Shown: positions 58,206-64,000 of the stretch, piece after piece
Position numbering within the stretch: position 1 is the stretch's first letter
How the letters are laid out: the number at the start of each line of letters is the position of its first letter
Assembly: GCA_965219685.1 (NCBI GenBank)
Contig: CBDCOH010000002.1
Span: 3,616,001 to 3,680,000 of the forward strand
Direction: 5' to 3'
Length of the DNA: 64,000 nucleotides
Origin: Candidatus Spongiisociaceae bacterium
GTDB taxonomy: Bacteria; Actinomycetota; Acidimicrobiia; Spongiisociales; Spongiisociaceae
Position numbers and translations under genes: made by a program
Notes under the pieces: model-generated
What the model was told of the DNA's origin: nothing
The model's input: the letters and a program-made list of their open reading frames with translations, nothing else
The model's database searches: none

Positions 58206-59231
58206 ATGGACCCTGACAGGCTTCGCCTGCTCGAGTCTCCGGAGATCGTCGTCGGTGTCGACCTCGAGCGTGGCTGCGACATCCACCGCATCTCCCGACC
58301 TTCGGGTCGTAACCTGCTGGCGTCCTACGACTGGTCCAGCCCCGCGCCGGCCGCGGCCTCGTACACGTACGGCTCCAGCCGGCTCGATTGGTTGTCGCAC
58401 TATCGCGGAGGCTGGCAGGAGCTCTTCCCCAATTCGGGACACGACAGCCGGCGAGGTCCGGTTCCCCTGCCTTTCCACGGCGAGGTATCAACCCTGCGTT
58501 GGGAGGTGATGACCGCCGGGGTCACGACCCTCCATGCTCGGACCGGCTCGCGCCTCCCGCTGGTGCTCGACAGATGGATGGAACTGGATGGGGACCGGCC
58601 GACTTTGCGGTTGCGCGAACGCGTGGTCAACGTCGGGAACGAGCCGGCCGACTTCGTCTGGGGGCATCACCCGGCGTTCGCCGCCGTGTCGCCAACGCTG
58701 GTCGACATCCCCACGGCGGCCGCCGTCGTCGACCGCGGAGACATGGGTCCGGCCGCCGATCTCTCGCCCGGAGGTGAGGGGCGCTGGCCGTTGCTCCCCG
58801 TAGCTGACGGGGCGCTCGTGGACGTGAGCCGCATGCCGGGACATCCCACCAGCCGACTCGTCTACCTGCCTTCGATCGGCGAAGGATGGGCTGCGGTTCG
58901 GTGGCCCGACGAGGAGACAGGAATCGCCCTGTCGTGGGATGTCAAGACGTTTCCGCACGTCTGGTTGTGGCAGGAGCGCGGAAGCACCGGTTATCCGTTC
59001 TACGGTCGGGCCGCCCTCGTGGCGGTCGAACCCCAGTCGGCCTGGCCGGCGGACGGGCTGGACGGAGCAGTCGAACGAGGCCAGGCCCACCGGCTGGAAC
59101 CGGGTCAGACCATGACGACCGCCCTCGCCGCGTCCCTTTTCCACGCCGACCGGAGACGCGTTACCGGAGTCGCACCCGACGGCTCGGTGTCGGTCGAACA
59201 GATCGCAGGCCCTCACGCTCCGTCCGCTTAG
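58206..59231 (+). CDS. Aldose 1-epimerase/galactose mutarotase-like protein
   Basis: Y.GGWQELFPN, FHGE, WGHHPAF, FP.VW.WQE, A.EP. Confidence 0.8.
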   Translation: MDPDRLRLLESPEIVVGVDLERGCDIHRISRPSGRNLLASYDWSSPAPAAASYTYGSSRLDWLSHYRGGWQELFPNSGHDSRRGPVPLPFHGEVSTLRWEVMTAGVTTLHARTGSRLPLVLDRWMELDGDRPTLRLRERVVNVGNEPADFVWGHHPAFAAVSPTLVDIPTAAAVVDRGDMGPAADLSPGGEGRWPLLPVADGALVDVSRMPGHPTSRLVYLPSIGEGWAAVRWPDEETGIALSWDVKTFPHVWLWQERGSTGYPFYGRAALVAVEPQSAWPADGLDGAVERGQAHRLEPGQTMTTALAASLFHADRRRVTGVAPDGSVSVEQIAGPHAPSA

Positions 59232-59421
59232 CCTTGGTCCACCGGGCTAGCGTCCCGAGTCTTGGTTTGCTGTGTTACCGGACCGCGGTGGTCCCGCGAT
59301 CGGCATGGCCGACCGCTTCCGGCGCCCGCGCGGAACGGGCCTTTCGTACGAGGGGGTTGTCCGTTGACCGTTGCTGCCGCAACCGGCACGACGGGGAACG
59401 GAGGACGGAGGACGGAAAGGG

Positions 59422-59450
59422 TTGTCCGTGTCACACCCCCGTTGCATACT
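59422..59450 (+). promoter_or_regulatory. Sigma70-type promoter for RNA copy B
   Basis: TTGTCC-17 nt-CATACT, same spacing to the RNA 5' end as in copy A. Confidence 0.65.
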
Positions 59451-59455
59451 GGTAG

Positions 59456-59622
59456 GTAGCTGCAAACACCACCGGTCCGTGTGCGGTACCAATCGGACCG
59501 GGGCAGGGATCCTGTGGGAACCGACCCTTGCGGGGGACGGCGGGACGCGTTCGTGACTGCGGAGGTGGCGGTTGGGGGTGGGCCCGAGGGAGGGATCCGG
59601 CCGGCCGAGGGCGTTTTTCGCG
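59456..59622 (+). ncRNA. Putative novel structured RNA, copy B (~167 nt)
   Basis: Homologue of copy A; no co-directional gene downstream; ends GGGCGUUUUUCGCG. Confidence 0.65.
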
Positions 59623-59770
59623 TTCTCGGGTCCCCGGGGCTAGCTGGTTCCGTGGTCGGTACGTTCGGGGTATTGATGGCGAATCGAGGAGTCAGGACAC
59701 TCGGAGCGTGGCGCGAAACCCCTTCCCCGACACCTCGACGAGAAGGGGGTTGCAGCCGGTGCCGTCGTCG

Positions 59771-61591
59771 CTACGGCGTACGCACGGGGAGGTAGTGGAA
59801 GCCGCGGCCCCTCCGGTTGGGGCGGCTCCCGACCAGGTGCCCGGCATCAGCCAGTGCCGCGAGCACCTGGGCTGCGTGCGACGCGGTGACACCTGCCAGG
59901 TCGGCGGCCTCACTCGACGAGATGCGTCCCCTCACCCGGGCGTATTCCAACATCACCGACTCTCGTCCGGTGCGTGTAGCGAGCCGCTTGAGCTTGCGGG
60001 AAAAGTGGCTACGGAGACCGTTCGACAGCCGGAGCGCAAGTGGGTGACCATCGGGGCTGCCGTGGACTCTTTCCATCATCGGCCTTTCGTTGATTCGAAC
60101 CTCATCGACAAAGCGCTGGAGCATCGGCAGCGTCTCCCGGACAGGTTTCTGGAGAACCGGAGCCGCCGAGTCGGCATCGGCCCAGCCGCGATCGAGCAGG
60201 CGGTATACGAGAAGCAGCAGGTCCAGAATGCCTAGCGAGTGAGGCTCAAGCATGCCGATGAAGCGAAGCCACTCCTGGTCTGGCTCGCCGCCGATCAGTG
60301 TCACCCGTACGTACGGGCCGTCAACCTCTGAGAACACCGGCGGCGGGTGACCCAGAGAGATCATGTCCGCCGTCATGCGATCCACGCCGATCCCCTCTCG
60401 CTCGCCCAACCGCATCGCCGCCATGGCCTCAGCGAGACTTCGATACCGGGGTGCCGCCGGGTGCGTGATGATGTTCGAGGGGGCGACCCCGCCGACGAAG
60501 CCCCCCGGCGACATAACAGTCAGAACGGATCCGACGTGCTCGACGGTGGTCGGTTGCGGGGAGTTCCAGTCGCGGTGGACGACGCCGTTGACCAGCGCCT
60601 CCCTCATGGCTCTGGGCGGGATGGAATCGATCTGATGCACCGCGAAGCCGTCCGGCACATGAACCACAGCGTTCGCCACGTCCATGGCCTGCTCCACCGC
60701 GGCGAACTGCTCCAGCAGCGGGCGGCGCCCCACCTCCTCCCGGCTGTAGGACGGCCCGAACCCTTCGCTGAAGCCACTCGACCAGGGCCGACCGGCACGG
60801 GGCACCCGATGCGTGCTGTCGCCACCGGGGACCTCCCGCCGGACGTAGTCGACTCCGATCTCGGGAGTTCCTACGAAGAGCAGTGATCCTGCGTTGGTCA
60901 GTCGACCGTCTGCGTCGACGAGGTTGAGGCGGCGGATCATGTCCTCACTGGTCGCCATCGCCAGATGGCTGCCGTCACCGCTCCCGGCGCCGTTCTCGCG
61001 CATGTACCGCCGAGCGATCTCGACAGCGGTCTGATCGACGTCGGCCAGAGAATGAGACGACGGCTGTGCCGACCAGTCGAAGCCGCTGCGATGCAGCCTT
61101 CTGTCATTCCACGATGTGAAGTCGAGGTCCACGCAGTTGTCGTCCAAACGCCAGCGATAGCGACCCCTGCAAGGGATCGGCTCCCAAGCCTCGGGCGTGG
61201 ACAGCACCAGCAAGCGGCAGCTATCCAGCACGAACGGTCGGGCAGATACGGTCAGCTTGCGCTCCGTCAGTTGAAATATGCGATGGCGGAGCCACTCCGG
61301 GTCAAGCCCCGTGCCGATCCTTGCACCGTCGTCGGACACGCCCAGGACGATCGCGCCGCCCCCAGGGGTATTGGCCATGCATGCCATTTCGCCTGCGAGG
61401 TATCCGGCAGCCTCCTCGTTCTCGCGGTTTGCCGGCAGGGGCTTGCCTCGCCGATCGCGACGGCCGGGCTCCTCCTTGACATCCACATGGGTCGTTTCGA
61501 CCTCCGCGGGAGCCCGGCCTTGCTGCAAGAGATCAAGCACCAGTTGAATCTGGTCATCAAGTACGGTCGGCGCCCCGAATCCGGTAGACAT
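59771..61591 (-). CDS. AlbA_2 (Schlafen-like) + HATPase_c_4 + HTH protein #2
   Basis: VETTHVDVKEE, ACMANTPGGGAIVLGVSDDG, REALVNGVVHRDW, SPGGF, EREGIGVDRM, GRISS HTH; GAGGG RBS. Confidence 0.85.
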   Translation of the reverse strand: MSTGFGAPTVLDDQIQLVLDLLQQGRAPAEVETTHVDVKEEPGRRDRRGKPLPANRENEEAAGYLAGEMACMANTPGGGAIVLGVSDDGARIGTGLDPEWLRHRIFQLTERKLTVSARPFVLDSCRLLVLSTPEAWEPIPCRGRYRWRLDDNCVDLDFTSWNDRRLHRSGFDWSAQPSSHSLADVDQTAVEIARRYMRENGAGSGDGSHLAMATSEDMIRRLNLVDADGRLTNAGSLLFVGTPEIGVDYVRREVPGGDSTHRVPRAGRPWSSGFSEGFGPSYSREEVGRRPLLEQFAAVEQAMDVANAVVHVPDGFAVHQIDSIPPRAMREALVNGVVHRDWNSPQPTTVEHVGSVLTVMSPGGFVGGVAPSNIITHPAAPRYRSLAEAMAAMRLGEREGIGVDRMTADMISLGHPPPVFSEVDGPYVRVTLIGGEPDQEWLRFIGMLEPHSLGILDLLLLVYRLLDRGWADADSAAPVLQKPVRETLPMLQRFVDEVRINERPMMERVHGSPDGHPLALRLSNGLRSHFSRKLKRLATRTGRESVMLEYARVRGRISSSEAADLAGVTASHAAQVLAALADAGHLVGSRPNRRGRGFHYLPVRTP

Positions 61592-61816
61592 CGTGCCCTC
61601 GCTCCGGTCCTGACAAATGTAGCCAGAAGGTCCCGCCAGAAATGATACCATGTTTTATGACTAAAAAGATAGATTGAGTAGCACGCTGTGGCCATTACTG
61701 AATTATTGACAGCCAATATGTGGCCGGATCGGCAACGCACCCATTGCGGGTTAGTTCGGCGTGGCTACCGGAATAGGATTATGGACAGATGAGCGGACTC
61801 ATGGCGGCGCGGGAGG

Positions 61817-62653
61817 TCACCTGGCGGGGCGGTGCACCTCGAGACCCGGCGAGACGTCGAGTACCTCGCTGATGAACCATGCGCCGATGTTGGCCACCGC
61901 GAGCCTCTCCAGGCGCGGGCCGAAGTAGCAGACGTTGGTCGGGGCGGCGAGGAACCGCCCCTGGGGATCATCGGCGAGGATGCTGAGACCGTCCTCCGAG
62001 AGCCGGTAGACCCGGTCCGGCCGGTAGCACGAGATGATCAGCGACCCGTCTGCTGCAAAGGCCAGCCCGTCCGGGGCGGTCCCCGGCATCCGCACCACGT
62101 CCTCGGGAGGCCCCAGCGCGCCGTCCTCGGTGATCGGGAGCCGGCAGACGCCGGGATCGGCGGTTTCCACCACGTAGAGGAACTCACCGGACTCGTCGAC
62201 GGCAAGGCCGTTCGGGAACGCACTGGGCGCTTCCGAGGCGACGAAGGTCGTGTTGTCGCCGCGTATGCCGAACACAAGACCGTCTCCGGCATCCCAGGAC
62301 GAACCCGAGTCCGACACGTAGAGGATCCCGTCGGGGTGGAAAGCCGGGAAGTTGGGGACGAGGATCGGGCGCTCGGGCGTGCCCGTGCTCACCACGGTAA
62401 CCGTTCCGTCGTCGGGATCGCAGGCGAGCACGGCCTGTCGAGCCATGTCACAGACATACATGACGCCCCGAGCGTCGAGGGCGATCCCGAGGGCGAATCC
62501 GCCGGTATCGGCCAAGACCTGCCGCTCCCACGTCTGCGGGTCGAAGGCCAGCACCTGCCCGCCCTCCGTTCCGCAGATCAACCTCTCGTGTACCGGGTCC
62601 CACGCCACGCCCTCGGGGTGGTCGATCCCGTTGGCGATGATCTCGACGTTCAT
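61817..62653 (-). CDS. SMP-30/gluconolactonase-family protein
   Basis: HPEG, PN, LYVSDS, FPNGLA, PDGLAF, PTNVC.FG. Confidence 0.9.
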   Translation of the reverse strand: MNVEIIANGIDHPEGVAWDPVHERLICGTEGGQVLAFDPQTWERQVLADTGGFALGIALDARGVMYVCDMARQAVLACDPDDGTVTVVSTGTPERPILVPNFPAFHPDGILYVSDSGSSWDAGDGLVFGIRGDNTTFVASEAPSAFPNGLAVDESGEFLYVVETADPGVCRLPITEDGALGPPEDVVRMPGTAPDGLAFAADGSLIISCYRPDRVYRLSEDGLSILADDPQGRFLAAPTNVCYFGPRLERLAVANIGAWFISEVLDVSPGLEVHRPAR

Positions 62654-62660
62654 CGGCTCG

Positions 62661-63140
62661 CTAGCCGGAAGCCGGGATCCGCTCGCCGTCGAGCGAACGT
62701 TCCGTCTGCACGAGTTCGATACGGAAGCCGTCGGGGTCCAGCAGGAGAACAGCTCGACCGCCCGCGTTGGGACCCACGGTCGGGGTGACCGGGCTGGACA
62801 CGAAGTCCGCCCCCTGCTCCCGCAGCGAGGCGTACAGCGAGTCGAGATTCTCGACGTTCAGGCCGAGGTGTGCGGCGCCGGGGTTGGCCGACGCCGGCTC
62901 TATCGCACGGCCGTCGGTCTGGTCGTACTGCACCAGCTCGAGGAGGAGGGGATCGTCGGGGAGTTTCATGATCGCCGTGTGGATCACGGCCCCGGGGTTG
63001 CCCGTCAGGTCACCGATGTACGGCTCGCTCCTGGTCCAAGTGGTCACCTGCTCGAACCCGAGGAGGTTCCGGTAGAAGTCGCGTGACCGATCGAGGTCGC
63101 TCACGGAGAACCCGACGTGGCTTACGGGGCGCTTCGACAA
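62661..63140 (-). CDS. VOC/glyoxalase-family protein; start uncertain
   Basis: SHVGFSVSDLDRS..FY..LLG, LELVQY, HLGL.V, DPDG.RIEL. Confidence 0.88.
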   Translation of the reverse strand: MSKRPVSHVGFSVSDLDRSRDFYRNLLGFEQVTTWTRSEPYIGDLTGNPGAVIHTAIMKLPDDPLLLELVQYDQTDGRAIEPASANPGAAHLGLNVENLDSLYASLREQGADFVSSPVTPTVGPNAGGRAVLLLDPDGFRIELVQTERSLDGERIPASG

Positions 63141-63219
63141 GGTCTTATGGTCCCTGGTATCGTGCCCGGTATCGTAGCTGGCCGTGTTTCGCGTGTCGAC
63201 CCTGCGAGGAATGGGCCGA

Positions 63220-64000
63220 ATGGCAGCAGTCAACACAGTTCTCGGTGAGTTGCCGGGCGACGAGTTGGGTTTCACCCACTCCCACGAGCACCTGCTGATG
63301 GACTCGGTCCGCAGAGCGCTCAACGGCGCCCCGGCCGAGGAACTGGCAAGCCGGACCCGCCGGGACCTGATGATGGATCTCTTCCGGGGCTTCCAGCCTG
63401 ATCGGGGGTTCCTGTTGCACGACCTGGATCTCGTCGTGGCGGAACTCGAACACTTCGCGTCCGCCGGTGGGAACACGTTCGTCGATGTGACCACGGCCGA
63501 CATGGGGCGCGACCCCAAGGGCCTCGTGGAGATCTCCCTCCGCACCGGTGTCAACGTCGTGATGTCGACGGGCAGGTACAGGGAACCGTTCTACGAGGAG
63601 AGCCTCAAGCGGACATCCACGGTCGAGTTGGCGGAGATCTTCGCCGACGAGATCGAACAGGGTGTCGACGGCGTCAAGGCTGGCATAATCGGCGAGATCG
63701 GCACCCACGAGCCTTTCATCTCCCCTGCCGAGGAGCGGGTCCACCGCGCCGCTGCCCGGGCCCACCTCACCACCGGGGTCGCCATCACGACGCACGCCAA
63801 CGCATCCCCTGTGGGGCTGGCACAGCTGGACCTCTTCCAGGATGAGGGAGTGGATCTTCGTCGTGTTGTCATCGGTCACTGCGATACCTACCCGTTCCTC
63901 GACTACCACCGCGCAATCTTGGAGCGGGGAGCGTACGTGCAATTCGACACGGTGAGGGGCAACTTCGAATACGAGACGCAGCGCCAGATCGACCAACTGC
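63220..64000 (+). CDS. Phosphotriesterase-family protein #6, 3'-truncated by the window edge (not in the ORF track)
   Basis: MAAVNTVLG...LGFTHSHEHLL...GG.TFVDVT...GVKAGIIGEIG...TTH...VIGHCD read from the sequence. Confidence 0.9.
   Translation, partial: MAAVNTVLGELPGDELGFTHSHEHLLMDSVRRALNGAPAEELASRTRRDLMMDLFRGFQPDRGFLLHDLDLVVAELEHFASAGGNTFVDVTTADMGRDPKGLVEISLRTGVNVVMSTGRYREPFYEESLKRTSTVELAEIFADEIEQGVDGVKAGIIGEIGTHEPFISPAEERVHRAAARAHLTTGVAITTHANASPVGLAQLDLFQDEGVDLRRVVIGHCDTYPFLDYHRAILERGAYVQFDTVRGNFEYETQRQIDQL

Noticed and set aside
59500-59570. Partial resemblance to the ykkC/guanidine-I riboswitch (ACGGCGGGAC)
   Set aside because: Lacks CUAGGGUUCCG/GGUCCGAG and AAAAGCCCGGGAG; not conserved in copy A; no downstream gene for copy B.
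59481-59795. The repeated 52.2/59.5 kb element as a small protein-coding gene
   Set aside because: Indels between the copies shift the frame; conservation follows base-pairing rather than codons.

Overview
High-GC bacterial DNA. Lipoproteins with 'AACG' lipoboxes and TTAAP/Ala-Glu linkers, plus an IS6110-like element, suggest Actinomycetota, possibly Acidimicrobiia (inference). The window is a dense nutrient-scavenging region. It holds three ABC importers (Dpp-, Pot- and Rbs-like), six phosphotriesterase/PTER-family paralogs, four PLP aminotransferases, three SDRs, a hydantoinase/oxoprolinase pair, a P450, a CocE/NonD hydrolase, an AceE-like enzyme, a DeoC-like aldolase and a ~1580-aa 5'-nucleotidase-LysM-M16 peptidase fusion. 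Small accessory genes are interspersed: two AlbA_2/HATPase proteins, Fic, a DUF6338-like protein with a Pro-rich peptide, a RelBE-like pair, an orphan antitoxin and an IS3 element. The most notable observations come from non-coding DNA. (1) Two diverged copies of an unannotated ~165-nt structured RNA, each with its own sigma70-type promoter and covarying stems, face outward from both ends of a sugar operon (52169-52366 minus; 59422-59622 plus). (2) Two integrase-less islets sit between a host gene and a displaced duplicate of that gene's 3' end (deoC; SDR). (3) Strand-oriented heptamer arrays (RTGGTGA)n lie directly on gene stop codons, and the IS3 element has inserted into one of them. No rRNA, tRNA or CRISPR array was seen. 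All family assignments are from motif recognition, not database searches.
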